Source: an uncultured delta proteobacterium (GTDB taxonomy: Bacteria > Desulfobacterota > BSN033 > UBA1163). From it: a stretch of DNA of 64,000 bases. The stretch covers positions 128,001 through 192,000 of the forward strand of contig CAVPSJ010000015.1 of assembly GCA_963708295.1 (NCBI GenBank), given 5' to 3'. A program made the translations under genes and the position numbers. Below, one piece after another: positions 29,679 to 40,071 of the stretch (the stretch's first letter is position 1; each line of letters starts with the position of its first letter). The notes under the pieces are model-generated. The model saw only the letters and a list, made by a program, of their open reading frames with translations. It was not told the DNA's origin and made no database searches.

Positions 29679-30251
29679 ATGCTGACCGGCGTTGAGATCA
29701 AGAGAAAGATTGTCCATTTTGCCACCCTCATCGTTCCTGTCGGATACGGGCTGACTTCTGAAAAAACGGTTATCCTCTTCCTCGTTCCTTTCTTTTTAGC
29801 CCTTCTCCTGGTGGATCTCCTTCGTCACTTCCACCCCGGGATGGCTTCCCTTTTTCATAAGTATTTCTTTGGAAGGGTTCTCAGAGAGGAAGAGAAGCCT
29901 TCTTTTATGGGAGCAACCTATTTCATTTTCTCAACCATCCTGACCATTCTCCTCTTTCCTAAATCCATTGCCATTGCAAGCATTCTCATCCTGATCGTTT
30001 CCGATACCGCGGCCGCCTTGATCGGGAAGGGGATAGGAAGGATCAAAATCTTTGGGAAAACCCTTGAAGGGAGCATGGCCTTTTTGATCACATCCCTGGC
30101 GATTGTGTGGATCTATCCTCATCTGGACCGATTCTCAGGAAGTCTTGCAGCGTTGGGGGCCACAGGGATCGAGATTCTTCCCATAAGAGTGAACGACAAT
30201 CTCAGCATTCCCCTGGTGGCAGGGGCGATCATGTTTTTCGTGGCGGGATGA
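29679..30251 (+). CDS. Diacylglycerol/polyprenol (dolichol-type) kinase family membrane protein
   Basis: EIKRKIVH, DTAAALIGK..G, KTLEGS, DNLSIP. Confidence 0.88.
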   Translation: MLTGVEIKRKIVHFATLIVPVGYGLTSEKTVILFLVPFFLALLLVDLLRHFHPGMASLFHKYFFGRVLREEEKPSFMGATYFIFSTILTILLFPKSIAIASILILIVSDTAAALIGKGIGRIKIFGKTLEGSMAFLITSLAIVWIYPHLDRFSGSLAALGATGIEILPIRVNDNLSIPLVAGAIMFFVAG

Positions 30252-31113
30252 AGGAAGAAAATTTCGTCAGGATCTCGACGATTGTTCTGGCTTCTTCTTC
30301 CGAAGCAATCCTGGGAATCGCCGCATAAACCTTCAGTTCATCAAAGAGAAAAGAAAAGGCCCCCTCGGATTCTTTTAAGAGCGTTCCGTCAGCAAGAGGG
30401 TTGAGGCTGATCACGGGTTTGTCAAACTTCTTGATCAGCTGGGCGGCACGCTGCAGATCGAAGAGGCTCCATTTATTATTGATGGGAACGGCGTAGGCCG
30501 CCACGTCGAGGGGTTTGGCCTTTGGAAGGACAAAGGTCGCCCATTGACCCGAAAAGAGGGGAATGAATCCTTTTCTCCTGATCCTTGCGACCATTTCGTG
30601 GAGGAGGTCGATCCGGCCCAGCGCCAGGAGCCAGTCCCCGTATTGCTCTCCGATGAAGAGGAATGGAGACTCTTCCGGATCGAAGAGAGAAAGGGCCTCC
30701 TCAAAACGAAGAGGGTCGAAGGCGATCCGGTCAATCTCTTTTTGTGTGAAGACCTCGGAAGAAGAAGAGGCGGGGAGAATATTACGGGGAAGATTGGAAG
30801 GGAGGAGGTCCCTTCTGATCGTTGAGGTGATTTTGGATTCAAATCGATGGAGGGGTTTCCCCAAAAGAGAAGCTCCTTTCTCCGCGTCCAGATGGCAGAA
30901 ACCCATGAGATCGCCGTCATCCGTTAAGTCTCTTAACTTTCGGAAAGATTCAAGTTGCTTCGGAGAGGAGAGATCGAAGGACCAAGCTCCGATTCCATAG
31001 GCTATTCTCATCAGAGAAAGAACCTTCTGGGGGTCCGGTGTTGAGGCATGGACGGAGAAAATGACCCGGGGTACCTTTCTCCCCTCCAAAAGGGTGATGG
31101 GCAACGGCATCAT
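30229..31113 (-). CDS. Hypothetical protein, possibly a remote aldo/keto-reductase-like barrel
   Basis: 294-aa ORF; LEGRKVPRVIF and KPVISLNPLADG weakly recall the AKR-like fold. Confidence 0.6.
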   Translation of the reverse strand: MMPLPITLLEGRKVPRVIFSVHASTPDPQKVLSLMRIAYGIGAWSFDLSSPKQLESFRKLRDLTDDGDLMGFCHLDAEKGASLLGKPLHRFESKITSTIRRDLLPSNLPRNILPASSSSEVFTQKEIDRIAFDPLRFEEALSLFDPEESPFLFIGEQYGDWLLALGRIDLLHEMVARIRRKGFIPLFSGQWATFVLPKAKPLDVAAYAVPINNKWSLFDLQRAAQLIKKFDKPVISLNPLADGTLLKESEGAFSFLFDELKVYAAIPRIASEEEARTIVEILTKFSSFIPPRKT

Positions 31114-31223
31114 CTTTTCATTCTATTATTTTTTGTCTATCTTCTCAAATCAAAAAAAAGGAGGACGCGTTCATGGTGTGAAAATAACAAGATTAGGTTA
31201 AGAAAACGGAGTCAAAAAACACA

Positions 31224-32381
31224 ATGGATGCCTTAAGACTTTTCAAGAATCGACTGCAAGCGCGATTCCTTCGCCGGCCCAACCGGTTCTTGGTTCGATG
31301 CCTACGGAGGGGACGAATCCTGTCCGCTTTTCTGCCAAACCCGGGGAGGCTTCAAGAATTGCTCTTGCCAGGCCGAAACATTTATTTGGTGAGAGAAGAA
31401 AAATCATCAAGCCGAAAGACCCGCTACACAGCCGTGGCGGTCGACCGGGACCGTCATCCCGTCATGCTCCACACCCATCGTACGAATGAAGTAGCCCGAT
31501 TCCTTCTCCAGGAAAGGAAGATACCGGGGTTGGAGAATGTAAGAAGGGTGAGGTCTGAGATTCGGGTGGGGAGGAGCCGGTTTGACTTTCTCTTAGAAGA
31601 GAGGAGCCAAGATATCCTCCTCGAGGTGAAGTCTTGCACCCTGGTCGGAGAAAAAGTCGCCATGTTTCCCGATGCCGTGACCGAGAGAGGGGCTCGTCAT
31701 CTCAGAGAGCTGGCCGAGATTTCAAAGGAGGGCATCCGAACGGTCATTCTCTTCGTTGTCCATTGGCCCTTCGCCAAAATCTTTATGCCTGATTTTCACA
31801 CAGACCTCCGTTTCTCCCAGACGCTTCTTCGGGTTCGGGACAGAGTCGAAGTAATCGCTGTCTCTGTCCGCTGGCGACAGGATCTTTCACTCTCTTCCAG
31901 GATCAAGGTTCTCGACATACCGTGGGATGCCATTGAAAAGGAGGCCAAGGACCGGGGGAGCTATCTTCTGATTTTGAATCTGAAGAGGAATCGGAAGATC
32001 GACGTTGGAAAATTGGGCAGGGTCCATTTTAGAAAAGGTTTCTATATCTACGTGGGATCAGCCATGGCCAATCTTTCTCAAAGGATGGCGAGACACCGTC
32101 GTTTGAGGAAACATCACCATTGGCACATTGATGAATTGAGAGCCGTCGCCGAATTCCATTCGGTGCTGGCCATCCGTTCTTCAGATCGACTCGAGTGCGA
32201 GCTGGCAGACGCCGTGTCCGGAATTGCCGGATGGTCCGTCCCCCGATTCGGTTCGACGGACTGTTCGTGCAAAACGCACCTTTTCGGGATGGCGAGCGAT
32301 CCGATTCGATCCGAAGGTTTTCAAAAACTGCTTCAGTATTTCAGAATGGACCGACCCATCGCAGACATGCCTCCAATATAA
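31224..32381 (+). CDS. sfsA: SfsA nuclease fused to a DUF123 / GIY-YIG-like domain
   Basis: RPNRF, PNPGRLQELL, SRFDFLL, EVKSCTL, FPDAVTERGARHL; C-terminal GFYIYVGSA, HWHID, FGSTDCSCKTHL. Confidence 0.9.
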   Translation: MDALRLFKNRLQARFLRRPNRFLVRCLRRGRILSAFLPNPGRLQELLLPGRNIYLVREEKSSSRKTRYTAVAVDRDRHPVMLHTHRTNEVARFLLQERKIPGLENVRRVRSEIRVGRSRFDFLLEERSQDILLEVKSCTLVGEKVAMFPDAVTERGARHLRELAEISKEGIRTVILFVVHWPFAKIFMPDFHTDLRFSQTLLRVRDRVEVIAVSVRWRQDLSLSSRIKVLDIPWDAIEKEAKDRGSYLLILNLKRNRKIDVGKLGRVHFRKGFYIYVGSAMANLSQRMARHRRLRKHHHWHIDELRAVAEFHSVLAIRSSDRLECELADAVSGIAGWSVPRFGSTDCSCKTHLFGMASDPIRSEGFQKLLQYFRMDRPIADMPPI

Positions 32382-32395
32382 CGAAAATTTCTGAG

Positions 32396-32562
32396 GGTCC
32401 TGTCAAGAGTTTTGTGTCAGCAAAAGAAATGGGGTAGCTGTTTTTTGTTTCATATTCTCGTAAGTAAAGACCGAATAGAGAATTCTTTCTATACTGGTTC
32501 GATCACTAAAGGTTCCCATCGGTCGAGTTCTTCTGCGCACCTCCACGAATCGCCGTTCAATT
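32396..32562 (-). mobile_element. IS256-family remnant (transposase C-terminus plus one end)
   Basis: IERRFVEVRRRTRPMGTFSDRTSIERILYSV...TQNS, ending in TGACACAAAACTCTTGACAGGACC. Confidence 0.8.
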
Positions 32563-32634
32563 TTCTGAGGCGCTGATTTCCCCAGCACGCTGATTGTGGT
32601 ATGATGAAAGGAACTGTTTCGAAAGGAGCTACCG

Positions 32635-33153
32635 ATGAGAGAACTATTTCAATTGCTGGCGGAGTATAACAAGCAGACAAACCAGGAAGTCCTGGGCATC
32701 CTTGAAGGTCTACCTCAAGAACAGCTCTCTAAGGATCTTGGTTCTTATTACCGTTCGATACTCGGCATTATGAATCATATCCTGGTTACCGATGCGACGT
32801 GGATCCGGCGGTTTGCAGACAATCTGCCAGAGCTAAATGCAGTGACACCGCAACTACCCACGTTTGAGCTGAAGACGTGGAAGGATATTGTTTGGAATAG
32901 CCTAAGCACCTTTAAGCCGGTAAGAACCAGCGTCGATGAAGTCATCGGCCGAGTCTTTCGATCGGTACCCGAGGGCAAGTACAACCTTAAAATGAGGTAC
33001 CAGGATTATAAGGGTCAAGAACAACATAAAACTGTCTGGTACGCCTTTCTCCATTTCTTTAACCACCAAACCCATCATCGTGGCCAGGTGGCAGTCCTTC
33101 TTGACCAATTGTCTGTTGAAAACGATTTCTCCAACCTGATCTGGAAGTTCTGA
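32635..33153 (+). CDS. DinB family protein
   Basis: YNKQTN, SILGIMNHILVTDATW, HFFNHQTHHRGQV. Confidence 0.92.
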   Translation: MRELFQLLAEYNKQTNQEVLGILEGLPQEQLSKDLGSYYRSILGIMNHILVTDATWIRRFADNLPELNAVTPQLPTFELKTWKDIVWNSLSTFKPVRTSVDEVIGRVFRSVPEGKYNLKMRYQDYKGQEQHKTVWYAFLHFFNHQTHHRGQVAVLLDQLSVENDFSNLIWKF

Positions 33154-33280
33154 AGTTGGCCGCGATAACCCGGTCAATCCTGACGCGCTTGTAGCAGCTA
33201 CTTTGCCAACGCCAGGGACGTAGGGTGAGGGCTCACCGTTTTCTCTTGCCAAAAACCTATTCTTTTGATAAAAGAAATCT

Positions 33281-33808
33281 ATGCCGGTGCAACAGAAGGA
33301 TTTGAAGAAAGCAATTAGAATAGGGATCAAAACTCTGATCCTCCAGGAGGTCAGACTTTTACGATTGGAACACGCTTTCACGCCCGCCTTCATCGTCGAT
33401 GAAATGTCCCATTCGATCCGGGAGACCAAGAGAGAAATCGTTAAGCTGGCAAAAACGATGGCTCAGAAGGAGAGGGCATCCCTTTTGAGAACAATGATCC
33501 GTCAAGCCGTTGACGAGGAAATTGACCAGGCCGTCGAATTTAGGAAGACCCGGTGCGTACGCTGCCTCCACGGGAGATTTTATGATGAGGCAGGGACGGC
33601 GCACGCGAGCTTACCCGTCAAAACGAAGGCAGAGATCGTGGGGTGCGATAAGCTTCGGCCAAGTCTCAAGAAAAGCTGCAGGAGATTTGTGGAGATATCG
33701 ACGGCTGCCTCGCTGGATCATTACCTCAACGAGATGACCCTTCTGTATGAATTCAGAGAGGGTATCGACCAGATCGAAGAGGTTTGGAAAGACTACTTTA
33801 CTAAATAA
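33281..33808 (+). CDS. Hypothetical protein with four Cys (CVRC...C...C)
   Basis: 175-aa ORF filling the gap; no family recognised. Confidence 0.7.
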   Translation: MPVQQKDLKKAIRIGIKTLILQEVRLLRLEHAFTPAFIVDEMSHSIRETKREIVKLAKTMAQKERASLLRTMIRQAVDEEIDQAVEFRKTRCVRCLHGRFYDEAGTAHASLPVKTKAEIVGCDKLRPSLKKSCRRFVEISTAASLDHYLNEMTLLYEFREGIDQIEEVWKDYFTK

Positions 33809-33895
33809 CGCAGAGCGCAAAGCGCTTAGCGCATCGCCCCTGAAGTCCTAAAGAACATATCCTCAATCAAATCCAGTACTCAAATTTTCACAATA

Positions 33896-33929
33896 AAAAA
33901 GCCCTCTTCCCTTTGGAAAGAGAGCTTTT
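33896..33929. terminator. Probable bidirectional terminator inside an inverted heptamer array (33809-33985)
   Basis: AAAAAGCCCTCTTCC-CTTT-GGAAAGAGAGCTTTT between convergent genes. Confidence 0.6.
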
Positions 33930-33985
33930 GAGATTGGGTCTTCTTATCAATTACCCTATGCGCTATGCTCTATGCGCTTTGCGTT

Positions 33986-36565
33986 TCAGGCGAGGGCTTC
34001 CGCCACCAGTTCCGTGATATCCATCACCTTCATTTTGCCCTTTTTCTCTTTCCGGAGTCTCGCTGCAGCGACCTGTAAGTTTGATTTGCAGGACGGACAG
34101 GCGGAAACAATGATGTCCGCTCCCATGCCGGAGGCCTGCTGGGCACGCTTATACGATATTTCCAGGCTCATCTCCGTGTCGAAGGCTTTCAGCCCGCCGC
34201 CGCCGCCGCAACATTTGGCAAGGTTTCTGTTCTGAGGAAATTCAATCAATTCCACCGACGGAATCGCCAGGAGCACATTTCGAGGCGGATCATAAATATT
34301 CATGTGCCGCCCGATGTCGCAGGGGTCGTGATAGGCCACTTTCATTTTGGCCCCATCCTTAAAAGTGAGCTGACCGTTCGTGATGAGCTTCTCCAGATAT
34401 TGCACCGTATGATACACCTGAATATGAGACGACCCATTATGTTTTGGGTAAAGATCCTTAAAGGTTCGGTAACACCCGGCGCAGGTGGTCACGATCTCCC
34501 TGAGGCCCATCCGCTTAAATTGACCGGTGTTCTTCTGGATGCTTCTCTCAAATTCTTTTTGATCCCCGACCAGATAAGAGAGATATCCGCAGCAATGCTC
34601 CTCATTGCCCAGTGCGGTATAGTCGATCTTCGCTTGATCCATGATTTTCAAGGTGCTCGGAATGACATGGATGTCCTGATAGGAAGCCACGCATCCGAAA
34701 AAGAGAAGGGTGGGCGCTTTTTCTTTCGGCTTAAACTGTGTGGGATAGATATCCCGCCTTTTTTCGATGGCCTCCCCGAAAGGGTTTCCTTTTTCTTCGA
34801 TCGATTCTGAGAGCGTCCGGTGAATTGCGGGAAGATAGCCTGCCTCCACCAGTCGTACGCGAGCGGCCTGGACAATGTCGGAAACCTTGACGCCCGCGGG
34901 GCAGACGGCATTGCAGTTCAGACACGTGGTACACTTATAAAATCTTTCCGCAAGTTCTTTCGAAGGTTTCAGTCTCCCGGTCAGGAGGTGATAGGCCAGG
35001 ATCACCCTTCCCCGCGCATTGATGGATTCGAGGGAAGTCTCCCCGTAGGTCGGACAGCCGGCCCGACAGAACCCGCACATGATGCAGGCCATGATCTCGT
35101 TGTCCAGTGGCTCCCCAAAGGTTTGAATCTCTTTGGGCCTTTCAAGGAGTGGCAGAAAGGCAAAGTTCTCATAGATGCCTTTGATCGAGTCATCGAACCC
35201 CATCTTTCCCGGATTGAGGACGTTGTTGGGGTCGAGGGCTTTCTTGATCTCTTGCATCACTTCGAGGGTTTTGCCCAGCTCCCGTCTAATATAAGGCGAT
35301 TTGGCCATTCCCGTTCCATGCTCTGCGGTGAGCGTTCCCCTGAGGCGCAGGGTCAGGTCAATCAGATCTTTGCACACTTCCTGGATTTTATCCCATTGTT
35401 CTTTCTTTCTGGGGTCGCAGATGATGATGGGATGGATATTCCCATCGCCGATATGACCGAAGGTATTGATGCCGATGTGGTGTTTCTCCGAGATTTTTTT
35501 GATTTCCGTGATCGCCTCGGGGATCTTGGTGATGGGGATTCCGGGATCGTCCATAATCGACTGCATCCTCGACCCTCTCTGGACTTTTGAGAGTGAAGCA
35601 ACAACCCCTTGCCGGGCGGCCCACATCTTAAGACGTTTCGCGGGATCATCCTCCCACTTATTTTCAATACCGTTATTGGCCTCACAAATCTTATTGATTT
35701 TTGCAATGTTTTCCTGGACGGCCTTTTTATTTCCATCGATTTCGATGAAGAGGAGGCATCCCACTTGATCGGGGATGTTGAGGGTCATGGCTTTGTTGAC
35801 CACGTCGATCGTCACTTTATCCAGAATCTCGCAGGAGGAGAGGGCAATGCCTGAGGTCAGGATCTCCCGAACGGCCTTTCCAGCCTCAAGGGTGGAGGGA
35901 AACCGCGCCTCTGCGAAGGCAACATATTCGGGAACAGGGAGGATTTTAAGAATGACCCTCGTGATAATCCCCAGCGTCCCTTCGGCCTGGGTGAAGAGCT
36001 GGGTCAGGTCGTATCCGGCGGACGTCTTGCCTAAGATCGAGCCCGTGTTGATCGTTCGACCGTCGGCCAGCACGACTTCCAACCCCAGGACATAATTCTT
36101 CGTTGTCCCGTACTTGAGCGCCCGATTTCCGCTGGCATTGGTCGAGACCATTCCTCCCAGGGAGGCAAGATTGGCGCTCCCGGGGTCCGGAGGGAAGAAA
36201 TGGGTGGGGGCAATGGCAGCATTGAGCTGGTTGCAGATGACGCCGGGTTCAACTACAACGTATCCGTTCTCTTTGTCTATCTCTAAAATATGATTCATCC
36301 TGCTCAGGTCGAGCAGAATGCCCCCCTTGGCAGCCAACGCGCTCCCGACCGCGCTTGTTCCCGATCCTCTTGGGGTGACAGGGATTTTCTGCTTGTTGGC
36401 CAGAGACATTATTTTTGAAACTTCTTCTGTGTCCTTGACGAAGACAACGGCATCCGGAACGGCCTCATGGACCGATAGATCCCTGGAGTAACAGAGTCGT
36501 TCGATTTCATCGGTTTTCACATTCTTCTCACCAACGATTCCAATCAATTCGTTGACATAGTTCAT
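33986..36565 (-). CDS. FAD-binding oxidoreductase fused to Fe-S/CCG domains (GlcD-GlcF type)
   Basis: PRGSGT, FPPDPGS, EGTLGIIT, GHIGDGNIH, AEHGTG, LNPGK; two CxxCxxCxxxCP motifs; CCG motifs; YHDPC. Start placed at MNYVN. Confidence 0.93.
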   Translation of the reverse strand: MNYVNELIGIVGEKNVKTDEIERLCYSRDLSVHEAVPDAVVFVKDTEEVSKIMSLANKQKIPVTPRGSGTSAVGSALAAKGGILLDLSRMNHILEIDKENGYVVVEPGVICNQLNAAIAPTHFFPPDPGSANLASLGGMVSTNASGNRALKYGTTKNYVLGLEVVLADGRTINTGSILGKTSAGYDLTQLFTQAEGTLGIITRVILKILPVPEYVAFAEARFPSTLEAGKAVREILTSGIALSSCEILDKVTIDVVNKAMTLNIPDQVGCLLFIEIDGNKKAVQENIAKINKICEANNGIENKWEDDPAKRLKMWAARQGVVASLSKVQRGSRMQSIMDDPGIPITKIPEAITEIKKISEKHHIGINTFGHIGDGNIHPIIICDPRKKEQWDKIQEVCKDLIDLTLRLRGTLTAEHGTGMAKSPYIRRELGKTLEVMQEIKKALDPNNVLNPGKMGFDDSIKGIYENFAFLPLLERPKEIQTFGEPLDNEIMACIMCGFCRAGCPTYGETSLESINARGRVILAYHLLTGRLKPSKELAERFYKCTTCLNCNAVCPAGVKVSDIVQAARVRLVEAGYLPAIHRTLSESIEEKGNPFGEAIEKRRDIYPTQFKPKEKAPTLLFFGCVASYQDIHVIPSTLKIMDQAKIDYTALGNEEHCCGYLSYLVGDQKEFERSIQKNTGQFKRMGLREIVTTCAGCYRTFKDLYPKHNGSSHIQVYHTVQYLEKLITNGQLTFKDGAKMKVAYHDPCDIGRHMNIYDPPRNVLLAIPSVELIEFPQNRNLAKCCGGGGGLKAFDTEMSLEISYKRAQQASGMGADIIVSACPSCKSNLQVAAARLRKEKKGKMKVMDITELVAEALA

Positions 36566-36783
36566 GAGCCGTCCTCCATGATGCTGGGATAAATTTGACA
36601 ACATCTTATTGTAAAACAAACGTCCAGAATCTACACATGGATGTGTTCTTTTCGTTTGCTGAGATGAGATAGAATTTCCTGACAGAAGAAGTGAATTGGC
36701 CTCATTTTCTTGACGGAAGAAAGAGGAAGCTCCCAGCCACTCCGCCCCCGGGACGGGGCAGTCACGACGGGGCACTTGCCGGG

Positions 36784-38818
36784 TCACATGGACTGAACGA
36801 CCAGCTCGCACAGGTCATAGGCGGCCATCGTTTCTGTCTTCCCCTTCTCTTTGATCCCGTCAAAGAGCATGGTCAGACAATAAGGGCAGGCCGTCCCGAT
36901 GAACTCGGCCTGGGTCGCAATGGCCTGATCGGTCCGCATCTGATTGATCCTCGTCCCGATATGCTCCTCCATCCACATCCTTCCCCCGCCCGCCCCGCAG
37001 CAGAAGCTCTTCTTGTGATGCCGCTCCATCTCCACCAGCTTGAGCCCCGGGATGGCATGGAGTATCCTGCGGGGAGCCTCAAAGATCTGATTCGCCCTCC
37101 CCAGGTAACACGAATCGTGGTAGGTGATCACCTTGTCGATCGGTTTGGTCAGCTTCAGCTTTCCACTGGAGATCAGCGCTTCTATGAATGGGACGTGGTG
37201 AATGACTTCAAACTCGCCGCCAAAGGAGGGATACTCGTTTTTCAACGTATGGAAGCAGTGGGGACAAATCGTCAGGATCTTCTTCACACCGTGTCCTTTC
37301 AGGATTCCGATGTTTGCCTCCGCCGTGGTCTGAAACAGGTATTCGTTCCCGATTCTCCGGGCCGGGTCCCCGCAGCACCCTTCCTCATTGCCCAGGATTC
37401 CAAACCGGATGCCGCTCGCCTGAAGGATCTTGACCATCGCCGTGGCAACCTTCTGATTCCGGGCATCGAAGCTCCCCACACAGCCCACCCAGAACAGGAC
37501 CTCCGGGTTTTCCACTTCGGTAATGGTTTTCACTCCCAACCCCTGGGCCCACTCCGCACGTGTCCCCCGGGCCGCCCCCCAGGGGTTGTTGCTCTTCTCC
37601 AGGTTCTTTAACGTCAATCGAACCTCGGAGGAGTATTTGGTCTCGACCAGGACCAGGTAACGCCGAAGATCGATGTTGCGGATCACCTGCTCCACGTAGA
37701 CCGGACAGGCCTCTTCGCAGGCCATACAGGCCGTGCAGGCCCAGAGCTCGTCCTCTCCCACCGTGGCTTCCATGATCGCCTCCGGCTTGCGCTGATCCGG
37801 AGCCGTGGCCAGTAGTTTCGGCCCCTCCCGCCTCAGATGGTCTTTCAGGTTCTGAGTCATCCGTCTCGGAGAAAGGGGCTTGCCCGTGAGATGAGCCGGG
37901 CAGACATCCTGGCATCTCCCGCAGTTGGTACACCCCTCAAGGTCTAAGAGCTGTTTCCACGTCAGCTCCGGGATCTCCCGGACCCCAAAGGTTTCTGCCT
38001 CTTCAAAGTCAGGAATGGGTAGCAACACCCCCTTGGGCTTGAGGTTACGGAAGTAGACGTTGATGGGCGATAGGAAGAAGTGCTGAAGCGGGGTGCGGGT
38101 GATAAAGACATAGGCAAAGAATAAGAAGGCGGGAAGGGCATGGATCAGGACCCGGTGCCAGACCAGGAGCTCGTTCAGCGCATCGGTCGGAAGGATCAGA
38201 AAGAATCGGGACAGAGGGTAGCTCAAGGGAGCCCAACAGCTCCAGTCGGGAACCGCTCCGCCGATCACGGCAATCCGGTAACCCTTGATGAAGAAGCCGG
38301 TGATCAGAAGCACCACCCCCCAAAGATAGATCAACGTGTTGGTGGGTTTTGTCTCCAGGCGCGAGGGTTTGAGGATATACCTCCGGTAAACGGCCAGAAG
38401 CCCGCCAACAATCACCAGAATCCCCCCGATTTCTGAAACGAAGGAGGCGTACTCGAAGAGGACCTGCGGAGGAAGGGTCAGACCCACGGGGTATGAAAAG
38501 AGCCTCACGAATTTACCCAGAAAGATCAGAATGGCCCCCCAGAAGATCAAGAAGTGCATGGAACCCGGGTAGAGCTCCTTCCAGAACCGGACGTGGCCGA
38601 AGGTCACGGCCACAAGGGTCTTGATCCGGGTGGCCCCGCTGATCGGAGCGGTTCTGCGCTTTCCCCAGATGCCAGAGCCGGTAGTGCCGCCACCAGAAGG
38701 CCAGGGCCGAGAGCGCCAGAAGCCCGATGAAGAGAACGAGAAAACCGAGGATGATGGGCAAAAAGATTTTCAAAATGTACACTTCTTGACTTGTCCAGAA
38801 ACGGGTTAGAGAATTCAT
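36784..38818 (-). CDS. Membrane-anchored HdrD-related Fe-S oxidoreductase (FadF/DUF224 type), frameshift near 38630
   Basis: N-terminal TMs with His residues (MHFLIFWG, VWHRVLIH, LQHFF); CTNCGRCQDVCP, CTACMACEEACP, CCGDPARRIGNE, YHDSCYLGR, CCGAGGGRMW. Confidence 0.92.
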
Positions 38819-38844
38819 TTTACCTTTCCCAGTCGTTCTTCAGA

Positions 38845-39087
38845 TGAATAGACATCCGATGAGGCCCACCCCCACCCCATGCACCACGTGGGATGCATGG
38901 CTGGTCCTGAACCTTACGTGGTGCAGGGCTTCCCCTCCCCCTGAAGGGGAGGGAAACCGTTGTGCTCCTTCCCCGAAGAGGAGGGAAATGCTTCTTCTCC
39001 TCCCCCTTCAAGGGGGAGGTGAGGAAGGGGATGGGGATTTGCCGCAGCAGTATCATTATGTCTTCTCAATGACGGCCTCATGATTAA
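38845..39087 (+). repeat. Family H palindromic element; empty site for MITE A
   Basis: AATAGACATCCGAT start, CCCTCCCCCTGAAGGGGAGGG hairpins, GCCTCATGA end; homologous to 39336-39480 (inverted), 41339-41723 and 50935-51321. Confidence 0.8.
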
Positions 39088-39305
39088 GTTAACAAACGAG
39101 GATAGAAGGTCACCAAATGGGCAACAAAAAAGACCAATGCCAAACAGCCCATGATCATAAAGACCCAGCAGAGAAATGTCTTGTATTTCTCTTCCACCCC
39201 AAAGTCGAAGGCGGTCAGTTTCACCCCAAGGAAGAGCGACCCGATCACCCCCATCAATACTATGATTTCTACAATCATCACCACTGGCCTTAATACGCTT
39301 CCCAT
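39084..39305 (-). CDS. Small two-TM membrane protein
   Basis: 73 aa, two hydrophobic helices, GAGG upstream, co-oriented with the cluster. Confidence 0.75.
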   Translation of the reverse strand: MGSVLRPVVMIVEIIVLMGVIGSLFLGVKLTAFDFGVEEKYKTFLCWVFMIMGCLALVFFVAHLVTFYPRLLT

Positions 39306-39335
39306 CGTCGGTTCCTCAAAATGAATCCATTTATG

Positions 39336-39480
39336 CTAATGAGACCACAATTATAATTATAGCTCCGGCAAATCCCCATCCCCCTCCTAACCTCCCCCTT
39401 GAAGGGGGAGGAACATGACGATTTCCCTCCCCTTCAGGGGGAGGGAAGGGTGGGGGTGGGGTTAATCGGATGTCTATTCA
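39336..39480 (-). repeat. Family H element, inverted copy
   Basis: Ends in ATCGGATGTCTATTCA, the reverse complement of the family start. Confidence 0.75.
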
Positions 39481-39514
39481 AGTATGGACCGACTAGTAAC
39501 ATGTTCAAGTCTGA

Positions 39515-40036
39515 CTACTTCTTTCCAGCGTCCTGTCCCCCCTCACCCTTGCCCTCTGCCCCCTGGGGAAAGGGGAAAAATTGGAGTTCAGTCCTGCAGG
39601 AAGGGCATAGATTTAACTCCCAGGTGGATTCTTTGTGGGTAAAGATTTTAGCTTCCAATTTTCTTACCATGGACCGAGGAAATAGGGGGATCCCGCATCG
39701 AACACACGTGGAAAGGGTATCCTCAAAAATGACTTTGGTCTCCTTTCCTGGTTCATCCTCTTCTAATTCTCTGTCTATAAATTGAAGACAATGCTCCGGG
39801 CAGGATTTTTCGCACAAGCCGCAGGCGTTACAAGCCTCCTGCTGAAAGAGGATCTGATAGGAATCCTTTTCGTCGCTTGGGTGGATCACTAAAGCCTTTG
39901 TCGGACAGTCGATCGCACAGAGAGCACAACCCGTGCATTTTTCTCTGTCGATGAACAATTTCCCGGAATTCTTGGGCAGGAACCCCTTTAAGAATTCTCG
40001 CCGGCTCATCCTGTCTTTAGCTTGCAACATGTTCAA
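39515..40036 (-). CDS. 4Fe-4S dicluster ferredoxin-like protein
   Basis: CTGCALCAIDCP, CNACGLCEKSCP, extra CVRC...CPSC. Confidence 0.9.
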   Translation of the reverse strand: MNMLQAKDRMSRREFLKGFLPKNSGKLFIDREKCTGCALCAIDCPTKALVIHPSDEKDSYQILFQQEACNACGLCEKSCPEHCLQFIDRELEEDEPGKETKVIFEDTLSTCVRCGIPLFPRSMVRKLEAKIFTHKESTWELNLCPSCRTELQFFPFPQGAEGKGEGGQDAGKK

Positions 40037-40071
40037 GTCTGGTTATTTTCCCTCTAATATGACGTTTCCCC

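Noticed and set aside
38820-39083. Short ORFs inside repeat elements (also 41382-41717, 50890-51347, 15075-15383)
   Set aside because: They are translations of non-coding repeat DNA or antisense overlaps.
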